DNA of 64,000 nucleotides from an uncultured Planctomycetota bacterium (GTDB lineage Bacteria; Planctomycetota; Planctomycetia; Isosphaerales; Isosphaeraceae): positions 704,001-768,000 of the forward strand of contig CAWJTV010000041.1 of the NCBI GenBank assembly GCA_963845755.1, written 5' to 3'. The notes under the pieces are model-generated. The model ran no database searches. It saw only the letters and a program-made list of their open reading frames with translations, and had not been told where the DNA came from. Below, one piece after another: positions 43,168 to 52,532 of the stretch. Position 1 is the first letter of the stretch. Each line of letters opens with the position of its first letter. The position numbers and the translations under genes were made by a program.

Positions 43168-43590
43168 ATGAACATTCAGGCAGAAATCCGCCACGTCTAC
43201 GAGCGTTGGCACGAGATGATCGTGAGCCGCAATCTCGATGGTCTGATGGAGCTCTATGCCGAGGATTCCGTCCTCGAGAGCTCCGCGGTCCTTGTCCTGG
43301 AGAAAAACAGCACGGGTGTCTTGAAGGGGCGCGATCGCATCAAGAAGCATTTCGCCGCCTTCTTCGACATGATGAAGCAGGACGCTGCCGTCGAGCTGTA
43401 CCGACCCGGCACTTTCTTCTCCGATGGCAAGACGCTGGTGTGGGAGTATCCGAGCAAGACGCCTCGAGGCGATCAGTTGGACGTCGTCGAATCCATGGAT
43501 CTCGAGAACGGACGGATCGCCTATCACCGCGTCTACTGGGGTTGGATCGGCTTCAAGGCCCTCTGGGCCGCAGCCGACCGGTCGAAGTGA
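43168..43590 (+). CDS. SnoaL-like/NTF2 family protein
   Basis: LYAEDSVLES, GRDRIKKHF, LVWEYP, GRIAYHRVYWGW. Confidence 0.85.
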   Translation: MNIQAEIRHVYERWHEMIVSRNLDGLMELYAEDSVLESSAVLVLEKNSTGVLKGRDRIKKHFAAFFDMMKQDAAVELYRPGTFFSDGKTLVWEYPSKTPRGDQLDVVESMDLENGRIAYHRVYWGWIGFKALWAAADRSK

Positions 43591-43638
43591 CGTCTGCACC
43601 TTTCGCCAATCGACATTCGCGGATCGAAGATGAGTTTC

Positions 43639-44312
43639 TTACCTCGAATTGCGATTGCGAGATGCCCGGGCGCGGTGCGCCGCGGCCTTTGCGCGGTTTC
43701 CGCAGAGGGCCATGCTGCACCATCGTCTGGCGTGGGCCTTCGTCTTGTCGAGGAAAAGCAGGACGCAGCCCTTGCCCTCGCAGGCACGGACCAGTCGGAA
43801 GTCTTCGTTGCAGACCAGGTCGGCGATCGCCTCCGCGAGCGGCTGCAAGAGCTGCTCGGCGCGGTCCATCGCCGCACTCTTTGCAGGCGAAGCGGGCCTT
43901 GGTCGAGGGCCGGTGCCGCCTCCAGGTCACCACCGCCCTCGACCTGCCAGTAAGAATCGCTTCGCGCGAGCAGGTCATTCAGCGGGCCCAGCTCCGCTGC
44001 GGCTCCTGGTCCGAGTTCGCGCCCGGCATGTCGCGCGACGAACCCTCGCAGCCATTCGCGCAGGGTCCTGGCCCGCTCGGCGAGCTCGTTGAGCGCCTCG
44101 CGGGCGCCCGCATGCTCTCGGAAGCGGCGCGCGTCTGCCCCCTCGATGGCGCCGGCCTCCTCGAGCCAGTCGAGGAGTTCGGTCCCATCGCGCAGCCACT
44201 CCGTCCAGACGCCGAGCGGCGTGGACCGGCTATTGACGAAGTCCAGAGCCAGGTGGTCGCCGGTAAAGAACGCGGGAGGAAGGGTCTTGGGGTCGGGAGG
44301 CAAGTTTTCCAT
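43639..44312 (-). CDS. ABATE-domain/CGNR zinc-finger putative transcription factor (indel near 43862)
   Basis: HLALDFVNS...LLDWL; ACEGKGCVLLFLDKTKAHARRWCSMALCGNRAKAAAHRAR. Confidence 0.9.
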
Positions 44313-44357
44313 CTTCAGGGGCACCTGAGGGATTGTTTCTCTGATCCAATTCAATAG

Positions 44358-44427
44358 TAACCTCCAAAATCCTGTTGGACAAGTTAATAGACTGGCCATA
44401 ACCTTCGTTGAAGGCATTGTCCGGTTA
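44358..44427 (+). promoter_or_regulatory. sigma70 promoter overlapped by two TAACC-N19-RGTTA boxes (divergent region of the CGNR gene)
   Basis: boxes at 44358-44386 and 44399-44427; TGGACA-17bp-TAACCT. Confidence 0.7.
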
Positions 44428-44524
44428 TGGGACGAGTGGATGCCCAGGCTCGCTGTCGCGTCCCTGGAACGGCAGTTGGAGCCGGTGCCGAAACAATCTG
44501 TCATCAACACGTTCAGGAATCACC

Positions 44525-45400
44525 ATGAGATTCTCATCACCGATCGAAGGTTTTCGACTCGCCTATGATCGGGTCGGCTCCGGCCCACCCGTTATCCTCT
44601 TACACGGTTGGCCCGGCGATCGGACCGACTATCGGGAACTGGTGCCGCTCCTGGCCGGCTCTGCCGAAGTCGTGGTGCCCGACCTGCGCGGCTTCGGGCA
44701 CTCCGAAAAGCACCTCGACGAGCCGGAGCAGGCCTATTCGGGGGCGGCGCAAGCCCGGAGCATCGCCGGGTTGATCGACGAGTTGGGGCTGGGTCCCGCC
44801 GTGATCGCGGGTTACGACGTCGGAAGCTTCGTCGCCCAGACCGTCGCCAGGACGCGGCCGGATCTGGTGCGTGCCCTCGTCGTCTCTCCGCCGCTCCCCG
44901 GCGCGGGCAGGAGGGTGCTGTCCCCGGAGGCGGCGCGGGAGTTCTGGTATCCCCCCTTTCACCGCCTCGACCTTGCCGAACAGCTTATCGACGGGAATCC
45001 CAAAGCGGTTCGCGCATACTTGCGGCACTTCTGGTCGCACTGGTCGGGGCCGAACTATGAAGTTGACGACGCCGATCTCGATCACCTCGTGGGCGTCTAT
45101 TCTGCTCCCGGCGCCTTCACGGCGTCGGTCGGGTGGTATCGCTCGTCATCCAGCCCGGACGTCGCCTATGTCGCCGAGATCGCGCCGGAGCGGGTAGACC
45201 GGATCAGCATTCCCACGACCGTCCTCTGGCAGGAATTCGACCCGATCTTCCCGAGAGAATGGTCCGATCGCCTGGATGAGTTCTTCGCCGACGTGTCCCT
45301 GGAGATGCTCAACGGGGTCGGTCACTTCACGCCGCTGGAGGCTCCTGACCGGATCGCTTCGGCCATCAAGAAACGACTCGCGGCGCCTGACGACCGGTGA
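44525..45400 (+). CDS. alpha/beta hydrolase (epoxide hydrolase/haloacetate dehalogenase-like)
   Basis: LLHGWP, PDLRGFG, GYDVG nucleophile Asp, GHFTPLE. Confidence 0.88.
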   Translation: MRFSSPIEGFRLAYDRVGSGPPVILLHGWPGDRTDYRELVPLLAGSAEVVVPDLRGFGHSEKHLDEPEQAYSGAAQARSIAGLIDELGLGPAVIAGYDVGSFVAQTVARTRPDLVRALVVSPPLPGAGRRVLSPEAAREFWYPPFHRLDLAEQLIDGNPKAVRAYLRHFWSHWSGPNYEVDDADLDHLVGVYSAPGAFTASVGWYRSSSSPDVAYVAEIAPERVDRISIPTTVLWQEFDPIFPREWSDRLDEFFADVSLEMLNGVGHFTPLEAPDRIASAIKKRLAAPDDR

Positions 45401-45597
45401 TCTCCCGAAGGAGAAGGGGGTCACGGGCCAGATGGAGCGCGCCGGCATGACGGTCGCCGACGTGGTTGAGGTTGTCCGATATCTCACGCGTGCCGAAGAT
45501 ATCCAATCCTACGTGAAGGTGCGGAGCCGTTTCCTGAGCGGGGCACCGCCCGCATCCAGGCTCCTTGTCGTTTCCCAGTTCGTGTGGCCCGAGTTCC
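45400..45597 (+). pseudogene. degraded RidA copy
   Basis: MTVADVVEVVRYLTRAEDIQSYVKVRSRFL matches MTVADVVKVSQYLTRAEDIPAYVKVRSRFL at 42680..43066; N- and C-termini missing. Confidence 0.75.
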
Positions 45598-45607
45598 GGA
45601 GGCAAAC

Positions 45608-47023
45608 ATGTCATCTCGCGAAAAATACGACCTGGTAGTGCTCGGCAGCGGGAGGGGCCGGTTCTTCGCCTGGTCGCTGGCTTCGCAAGGGAAGCGGGCG
45701 GCGGTCGTCGAGCGGAAGTATGTCACGGGATCCTGTCCCAGCATCGCGTGCCTCCCCAGCAAGCACCTGATCCACGGCGCGAAGGTTGCCAGCTATTTCC
45801 GCAGGGGCGCCGAGTTCGGAATCACCCCGGGCGACTGGAAAGTCGAGATGCCCGCCGTACGAGACCACAGGCGGAAGATGATCGATGGGATGGTCGATCT
45901 GAATCATCAGAACTATCGAGAGAGCGGCGCGGAACTCGTCATGGGGCAAGGCTGGTTCGTCGGGCCGAAGACGATCGAGGTGGCGACCACCAACAGCGGG
46001 CCGCGCACCCTCCGCGGCGACGTCGTCGTGATCAGCACGGGCTCCCGTGCTCGGATCGACCCGATCCCGGGCCTCGCCGAGGCGCGGCCGATGACGCACA
46101 TCGAGCTCCTCGATCTGGACCGCGTCCCGAACCACCTCCTTGTCCTGGGGGGCGGCTACGTCGGATTGGAGCTGGCCCAGGCGATGCGACGCTTCGGCAG
46201 CCGCGTGACGCTCATCGAGCGGAACGACGACCTGGCCCACCAGGAGGACCGCGACGTCTCGGAGGCCCTGCGGGAGCTCTTCGACGACGAGGGGATCGAG
46301 GTCCGCACGGGCATGCGCGTCGACCGCGTCGAGGGGCGTTCCGGCGAGTCCGTGAGGCTGCACGCGACGCGTGACGGAGCAGGGGTCTTGCTCGAGGGCT
46401 CGGACATCCTGGTCGCGAGCGGACGGACGCCGAACACCGACGGCATCGGCCTGGAAGCTGCCGGGATCGAGCGGGACGACCGGGGTTTCGTCAAGGTCGA
46501 CGAGCGGCTCCGGACCACGGCACCCGGCGTATGGGCGGTGGGCGATTGCGCCGGGAGCCCTCACTTCACGCACATCGCCGACGATGATGTCCGCGTGGTC
46601 CGCGACAACCTCGCCGGCATCGACCGAACGACGACCGGCCGTCTCGTGCCTTTTTGCTTGTTCACCGATCCCGAGCTAGCCCGGGTCGGCCTGAGCGAGT
46701 CGGAGGCGGCGAGTCGTGGGATCGCCTACCGGCTCGCGAAGATCCCCGTGACCATGGTCCTCCGCTCCCGGACCCTCTCCGAGACACGCGGATTCTACAA
46801 GGCCCTGGTCGCCGCCGACAGCGACCGCATCCTCGGCTTCACGGCGTTCGCCCCCGAGGCCGGCGAGGTCCTGGCGGCCGTCCAGGTCGCGATCGCCGCA
46901 AGCCTCCCTTACACGTCCCTGCGCGACGCGATCCTGACCCATCCGACGATGGCGGAAGGGCTCGCCACGCTCTTCAGCCAGGTGCCGGCCCGCTCCGACG
47001 CCACGGCGGTCGCGGCTTCATAA
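45608..47023 (+). CDS. class I pyridine nucleotide-disulfide oxidoreductase (RclA/MerA-like, no C-terminal CC)
   Basis: GSCPSIACLPSK, LGGGYVGLE, GRTPN, AVGD, FTDPELARVG, THPTMAE. Confidence 0.88.
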   Translation: MSSREKYDLVVLGSGRGRFFAWSLASQGKRAAVVERKYVTGSCPSIACLPSKHLIHGAKVASYFRRGAEFGITPGDWKVEMPAVRDHRRKMIDGMVDLNHQNYRESGAELVMGQGWFVGPKTIEVATTNSGPRTLRGDVVVISTGSRARIDPIPGLAEARPMTHIELLDLDRVPNHLLVLGGGYVGLELAQAMRRFGSRVTLIERNDDLAHQEDRDVSEALRELFDDEGIEVRTGMRVDRVEGRSGESVRLHATRDGAGVLLEGSDILVASGRTPNTDGIGLEAAGIERDDRGFVKVDERLRTTAPGVWAVGDCAGSPHFTHIADDDVRVVRDNLAGIDRTTTGRLVPFCLFTDPELARVGLSESEAASRGIAYRLAKIPVTMVLRSRTLSETRGFYKALVAADSDRILGFTAFAPEAGEVLAAVQVAIAASLPYTSLRDAILTHPTMAEGLATLFSQVPARSDATAVAAS

Positions 47024-47064
47024 AACCTCAACGCGCCCAGCATTCAGAAGGAGCTCGTTCCACC

Positions 47065-47124
47065 ATGTCCCATCATTTCGATTCTCCCACGGGACGCGAA
47101 GATCCACGATCGCTCGTGAAATGA
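47065..47124 (+). pseudogene. 5' remnant resembling the N-terminus of DUF4331-family proteins
   Basis: AAGGAG RBS then MSHHFDSPTGREDPR, stop after 19 codons. Confidence 0.45.
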
Positions 47125-47249
47125 ACCGAGCCGGCGTCCTGGTCCATCCGAATCCCGAAATCACGCCTCACGTTGATCATGCAGATCAGCCGATACAATC
47201 GATACAATCCCTTCAGGCCGGCCGCGCCTCGATCGATGAGGACGGGGAC

Positions 47250-48133
47250 ATGCGTCTCAGCAGGACCGCCGCGCTCGCCGTCGCCGTCGCGCTGGTCGGC
47301 TCGACCGGTTGCACGGCCGTGCGGCTGGGGCAGCGGACGATGCGCCAGGCGAGCACGCTCCCCGACCTCCAATATCAGCAGGTGCTCGACAACCTGGCCC
47401 GGTTCGTGGACGACCCGGCGGCACTCCCCTGGCACGTGAATTTCCGAGAGGGGACGACGCAGATCACCGACTCGGCCAGCGCGGGGGCGGCCGTCGACCT
47501 GGGGCCGCCGTCGAACACCCTGCCACAGCTCTTCGGCTCGCGGACCGTCGTCGTGCAGTGGGGCATGACGCCGGTCATCGAGCATACCGCGCTCCGCTTG
47601 TTGCGCATGGCCTATCGACGCGCCATCGGCCTGTCCGAGATGCCCGGCCCCGAGTTCTTGAGCGAGCTGGCCCACGAGCTGAAGAACCAGTTCCCCTCCA
47701 ACGCCGATCAGCGCGTTGAATCAGACCTCTTCTACGAGCTCGAGTCGGCGAAGAGCCGCAACTACGCCGAGTTTGACTCCCACGTCACGACGACCAACGA
47801 TGACGAGGTCTGTTCCGTGGGCCCTCAGGCGATACGTCGCGAACTCTCGCCGCTGGCGCGAAACGTTTGTCGGCAGGTCGATAGTATCCAGGGCGAGCTC
47901 GCAAGGATCGGTCCGGGGTGGTTTCACGTCGGGCGTAAGAAGGATGTTCCCCGGGCGCCTGCTACGTTGGCCGCCATGCCGACCGCTACGTCTGGGTCGG
48001 CCCCGAGGGGCGCGAGGCCCTGACCGAATTCACCCTCACCGTCATGCGGATCTCCACCCTGATCAAGGAGACCCAGACGCTGATCAGCCCCGGCTCGGTG
48101 AAGTTCTCGCCAGGCGATCACGGAGGTGGTTGA
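47250..48133 (+). CDS. hypothetical lipoprotein (indel near 47955)
   Basis: MRLSR...STGC lipobox-like; LQYQQVLDNLARF; WFHVG...YVWV..ALTEFTL. Confidence 0.7.
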
Positions 48134-48267
48134 TGACGGATCCCACTCGCCGGTCGCATCCCAACTCAGGACATGACCCCAAGCAACACCCGAGAGTCCG
48201 CAGCCTTCGATCCGCGGGGGCTTCAAAGCCGCCAAGTTGACGGACGGCTGTCTAGATTCCGGGACGG

Positions 48268-48295
48268 TTGACTCACCGTTGTCGCTTTCTATAAT
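48268..48295 (+). promoter_or_regulatory. sigma70-type promoter
   Basis: TTGACT-16bp-TATAAT upstream of thioredoxin-family genes. Confidence 0.55.
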
Positions 48296-48475
48296 CGAGC
48301 CTGATAGGATTGGAACTGTCGAGGCTGGTTCTCCTGCCTTGTTGCGGGAGGGAATGTAAGCAACGAAGACTTCCTCTAACTCTTCATCGACTCATGGGGA
48401 GTTGATTGGTTGATTGTTTGGAGGGGTCTTGTGGCCCTTCCGCTGCAATTCGTATCTCAACAGGAGAGAGCATCC

Positions 48476-49084
48476 ATGCGCAAGGTCCTATTCGGTCTGG
48501 TGGCGATCAGTGCGATTGCCATTCCCGCTCTGGCTGGCAAGTACAACAAGGTCGTGAGCGTGGGCGACAAGGCCCCGGCGTTCTCGGGTCTGCCGGCGAT
48601 TCAGAATGGCGAGCAAGTCAGTGTCAGCCTGCCGGACCTCAAGGAAGACGTGGTCGTCGTGGTCTTCCTGGCGAATCACTGCCCGGTCGTCAAGGGCTAC
48701 GAAGACCGCTTGATCGAGTTCACCAAGGACTACCGGGACAAGGGCGTGCGGGTCGTCGGGATCGCCGTCTCCTCGATGGAGGAAGACAAGATTCCGGGCA
48801 TCAAGACCTACATGAAGGACAAGAAGTCCAATTACACCTATGCCTATGACGAGAGCCAGGAGATCGGCCGCGCTTATGGCGCCACCCGGACCCCGCAGTT
48901 CTTCGTTCTGGATAAAGAGCGGAAGATCCGCTACACCGGGGCGATGGACGACTCTCCGGACAACGAGGCGAAGGTCAGCAAGACCTACCTCCGCGACGCG
49001 GTCGACTCCGTCCTGAAGGGCGAAACGCCCGCGGTTGACGAGACGCGTGCGGTCGGCTGTGGCGTGAGCTACAGCAAGAAGTGA
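48476..49084 (+). CDS. exported AhpC/TSA thioredoxin-family protein
   Basis: signal peptide; FLANHCPVV, YGATRTP, YTGAMDD, VGC. Confidence 0.85.
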   Translation: MRKVLFGLVAISAIAIPALAGKYNKVVSVGDKAPAFSGLPAIQNGEQVSVSLPDLKEDVVVVVFLANHCPVVKGYEDRLIEFTKDYRDKGVRVVGIAVSSMEEDKIPGIKTYMKDKKSNYTYAYDESQEIGRAYGATRTPQFFVLDKERKIRYTGAMDDSPDNEAKVSKTYLRDAVDSVLKGETPAVDETRAVGCGVSYSKK

Positions 49085-49205
49085 GTCGTTGCCAACTCGA
49101 CTTCTGATTCGTGCGAATGCTTGCATGGACCGAGAATTCCAGGGTCGCGGTCCGGCTCCCCGCCGGACCGCGACCCGGCGGTTTCACGGTCTCTGGAGAA
49201 TCCTG

Positions 49206-49760
49206 ATGAGACTGCCGGCTTATGTGTTCTCCGCGATCCTCCTGGTCACGGGCTCTTTGGCTCTCGGTCTGGGGAAGGCTGCCTGGTCTGACGACAACAA
49301 GCCAACCAACGAGGTCAAGCTCGAGCGCCTGAACTGGAAGCAATTCCAGGAGCGGCTGGCGAGCAACAAGCAGATCAAGTACACGATGGTTGATGCGTGG
49401 TCGACAACGTGCGGCCCGTGCAAGGAGAATTTCCCACACGTCGTGGAGATGCACAAGAAGTACGGCAAGAAGGGGCTCGCCGTGGTCTCGCTCTCGCTCG
49501 ACAACCCGGCCAACGCGAAGGCCGTCGCCGAAGCCGAGAAGTTCCTGAAAGAGAAGAAAGCCGTCTTCACCAACGTCCTGCTCGATGAAGAATTCCCCGA
49601 AGGGTTCGACAAGCTGGACATCGGCGCTATCCCGGCCGTCTTCCTTTTCGGACCGGATGGCAAGGAAGTGAAGCGGTTCACCATGGATGACCCGAACAAT
49701 CAATTCACTTACGACGAAGTAGAAAAGGCCGTTGCGGCGTTGCTCGGCGAGAAGTCCTGA
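49206..49760 (+). CDS. TlpA-family disulfide reductase
   Basis: DAWSTTCGPCKENFP, VVSLSLD, AIPAV. Confidence 0.85.
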   Translation: MRLPAYVFSAILLVTGSLALGLGKAAWSDDNKPTNEVKLERLNWKQFQERLASNKQIKYTMVDAWSTTCGPCKENFPHVVEMHKKYGKKGLAVVSLSLDNPANAKAVAEAEKFLKEKKAVFTNVLLDEEFPEGFDKLDIGAIPAVFLFGPDGKEVKRFTMDDPNNQFTYDEVEKAVAALLGEKS

Positions 49761-49802
49761 GTTGATCCCCAATCTCGATTTTGACAGTTGAGTGTGAGAG
49801 CC

Positions 49803-50045
49803 ATGAAAGACGGAATCCATCCAAAGTATCAAGATTCCTTGGTTACCTGCGGCTGCGGGAACTCGTTCACCACGCGGAGCACCAAGCCCAAGATCATGGT
49901 TGAAGTCTGCTCCAAGTGCCATCCTTACTTCACAGGTTCGGTGAAGTTCGTCGATGCGGCCGGGCGAGTGGACAAATTCAACAAGAAGTTCCAGGGGACC
50001 TACGGCAAGGCCAAGAAGGCGGCCGCCGCGGTTGAGAACGCTTAG
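49803..50045 (+). CDS. rpmE: 50S ribosomal protein L31 (Zn-binding)
   Basis: [30 protein letters not shown]. Confidence 0.96.
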   Translation: MKDGIHPKYQDSLVTCGCGNSFTTRSTKPKIMVEVCSKCHPYFTGSVKFVDAAGRVDKFNKKFQGTYGKAKKAAAAVENA

Positions 50046-50066
50046 CGAGGATTGGCGAAGCCTCTG

Positions 50067-50123
50067 AGGACGGCCCGCGGCCAGACCTAACTTCATGGGT
50101 CTGGCCGCGGGCCGTCCTTTTTT
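50067..50123 (+). terminator. intrinsic terminator after rpmE
   Basis: AGGACGGCCCGCGGCCAGACC...GGTCTGGCCGCGGGCCGTCCT followed by T-run. Confidence 0.85.
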
Positions 50124-50327
50124 CCTCGAATCACTCAGTCCTTGGGTTCTTGACGGGCTGAGAAGCCTCGAGATGGGGACGCGGTGCTCGAAGACGTTCG
50201 GTGATCATCGCGATGACCTCATCGGGTGCGCTGTAAGCACCTTCCTCGTGAGGACCATCGGTGCTCACAGCGCACCCGATAAAGGACACCGTCTCATACA
50301 CGCACCAAGGACTCGAGGACCAAAGAC

Positions 50328-51398
50328 GTGTTCGAGAAGCTTCAGGCCGACTATCAACGATTCCTGGAGATCGAGCGCGCCTTGCTCGATCCCACGGTGA
50401 CGGCCGACGCCGCCCGGGTCTCTTCGCTGGCCAAGGAGCGGGGAACGCTGGCGAAGATCGCGCTGCCTTACGGCCGTTACCTCGAACTGAGTCGCCAGAT
50501 CGCCGAGGCCGAACAGCTCTTCGCTAACGAGACGGATGCCGAGATGCGGTCCTATGCCGAGGCCGAGCTGGAGAGCCTCCGCGCCCGCCATCAGCAAGAG
50601 GGCGAGGACCTTCGCGACATGCTCTACGACCGTCGTGCCGGCACGGGACATGCTGCGTTGATCGTCGAGATCCGCGCGGGAACGGGCGGCGACGAGGCGG
50701 CCCTGTTCGCCCGCGACCTCTTCGAGATGTACCGAAGGTTCGCCGAGCAGATGGGCTGGAAGTTCGAGACCCTGGACCTCGAACCGACGGAGCTGGCCGG
50801 CTTTCGCGAGGTCTCGTTCAGCGTCTCGGGCGAGGGGGCCTTTCGTCATCTCCAGTTCGAGAGCGGGGGGCATCGGGTTCAGCGCGTGCCCCAGACCGAG
50901 GCCCAGGGGAGGATTCATACCTCCGCCGCGACGGTCGCCGTCCTACCCGAGCCGGAGGAGGTGGATATCGTGATCCGGACCGAGGATCTGCTCATCGACG
51001 TCATGCGGTCCGGAGGCCCGGGAGGTCAGCATCAGAACAAGACGGAGAGCGGCGTGCGGATTACCCACCTCCCGACCGGCGTGGTGGTCAATTGCCGCGA
51101 CGAACGCAGCCAGTACAAGAATAAGTCGAAGGCCATGCGCATCCTCCGCAGCCGGCTGTACGAGCAGATGCGGGAGAGTGCCCGTACCGAGCGTGACGAG
51201 ACGCGACGCGCCTTGATCGGATCCGGCGACCGGTCGCAACGGATCCGGACCTATAACTTCCCGCAGAACCGCGTGACCGATCACCGGATCGGCCTGACGC
51301 TCTACAATCTCGACCAGGTGGTGCAAGGCACCCTGCTCCCCTTGACCAAGGCCCTCATCGAACACGACCGTCGCGAACAGCTCGGCGATCTGGCATGA
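50328..51398 (+). CDS. prfA: peptide chain release factor 1
   Basis: [19 protein letters not shown] (PxT), [19 protein letters not shown]. Confidence 0.97.
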   Translation: MFEKLQADYQRFLEIERALLDPTVTADAARVSSLAKERGTLAKIALPYGRYLELSRQIAEAEQLFANETDAEMRSYAEAELESLRARHQQEGEDLRDMLYDRRAGTGHAALIVEIRAGTGGDEAALFARDLFEMYRRFAEQMGWKFETLDLEPTELAGFREVSFSVSGEGAFRHLQFESGGHRVQRVPQTEAQGRIHTSAATVAVLPEPEEVDIVIRTEDLLIDVMRSGGPGGQHQNKTESGVRITHLPTGVVVNCRDERSQYKNKSKAMRILRSRLYEQMRESARTERDETRRALIGSGDRSQRIRTYNFPQNRVTDHRIGLTLYNLDQVVQGTLLPLTKALIEHDRREQLGDLA

Positions 51399-51427
51399 TG
51401 AGATCGCGCCTGGATCCGAAGATCATC

Positions 51428-51483
51428 GGGTGGGTGAAACCCACCGATCACAGACGCCCGAGGTTGGTGGGTTTCACCCACCC
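51428..51483. repeat. REP-like palindrome
   Basis: GGGTGGGTGAAACCCACC ... GGTGGGTTTCACCCACCC. Confidence 0.8.
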
Positions 51484-51492
51484 TACATTGTG

Positions 51493-52407
51493 ATGGATGC
51501 CGATCAATCGCCGATTGCCGAACCGAACCCGGAAGGCCGGTCAGAAGATGCCTGGACCGTCGGGCGGCTCCTGACCTGGACGGCCGACTACCTCAAGCGT
51601 CGGGCCTCGGAGAGTCCGCGGCTCGACGCCGAGGTCATGCTGGCCCATGTGCTGAAGTGGCCGCGGGTCCAGCTCTACACGCAATTCAACGACGAGGTGA
51701 ACGACGAGCCGCGCGGCCGGTTTCGCGAGCTGGTCCGCCGCCGTGCCGAGGGATCGCCGGTCGCTTACCTGGTCGGCCGCAAGGAGTTCTACTCGCTGGC
51801 TTTCGAGGTGTCCCCGGCGGTCCTGATCCCGCGTCCGGAGTCCGAGTTTGTCGTGGTCGAGTTCCTCACGGTAACCAAGGGGGTGGAATCGCCCCGCGCC
51901 GTGGACATCGGCACTGGATCCGGTTGCCTGGCGGTCGCCTCGGCTTTCCGGCACCGCGAGGCGCGGTTCATCGCGATCGACATCAGTGAACAGGCCCTGG
52001 CGGTCGCCAGGCGGAATGCCGCGCAGCATGGGGTCGCCGACCGGGTCGAATTCCGACTCGGCGATCGCTTCAAGCCGATCGCCGACGAAGGCCCGTTCGA
52101 CGCGATCGTCTCGAATCCCCCCTATATCCCCACGGCGCAGATCGACCAACTCGAAGCCGGCGTCCGCGACTATGAGCCGAGGACCGCACTGGACGGCGGA
52201 CCCACTGGCCTGGAAATGGTCGGCCGCTTGATCGAGGAATCCGTCCCCCTCTTGAAGTCCGGCGGCCACCTGATCCTGGAGATCGGCACCGATCAGGAGA
52301 AACCCGTACGCTCCTTGATCGAGAAACAGGGCCGTCTGCGGCTGGCTCCGACGATCCACGACCATTCCAAGCATCCCCGGGTCATCCGGGCGACTCGGGT
52401 GGAATGA
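51493..52407 (+). CDS. prmC: release factor glutamine methyltransferase
   Basis: PRLDAE, LIPRPESE, DIGTGSG, SNPPY, ALDGG; follows prfA. Confidence 0.95.
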   Translation: MDADQSPIAEPNPEGRSEDAWTVGRLLTWTADYLKRRASESPRLDAEVMLAHVLKWPRVQLYTQFNDEVNDEPRGRFRELVRRRAEGSPVAYLVGRKEFYSLAFEVSPAVLIPRPESEFVVVEFLTVTKGVESPRAVDIGTGSGCLAVASAFRHREARFIAIDISEQALAVARRNAAQHGVADRVEFRLGDRFKPIADEGPFDAIVSNPPYIPTAQIDQLEAGVRDYEPRTALDGGPTGLEMVGRLIEESVPLLKSGGHLILEIGTDQEKPVRSLIEKQGRLRLAPTIHDHSKHPRVIRATRVE

Positions 52408-52532
52408 AGTTGGCCAGTCCGCGAAGGCAAACTCCATCCGTTCGACCCGCCAGTCCGAGTCCTCGAGATCCCCTCGTAGGGACTTCCACTTCCTACCCCT
52501 TGGACTTGAGGAGTCAAAGACCAAGGAAAGGC

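Noticed and set aside
45608..47023. Mercuric reductase merA
   Set aside because: Lacks the C-terminal Cys-Cys and NmerA domain; no mer genes nearby.
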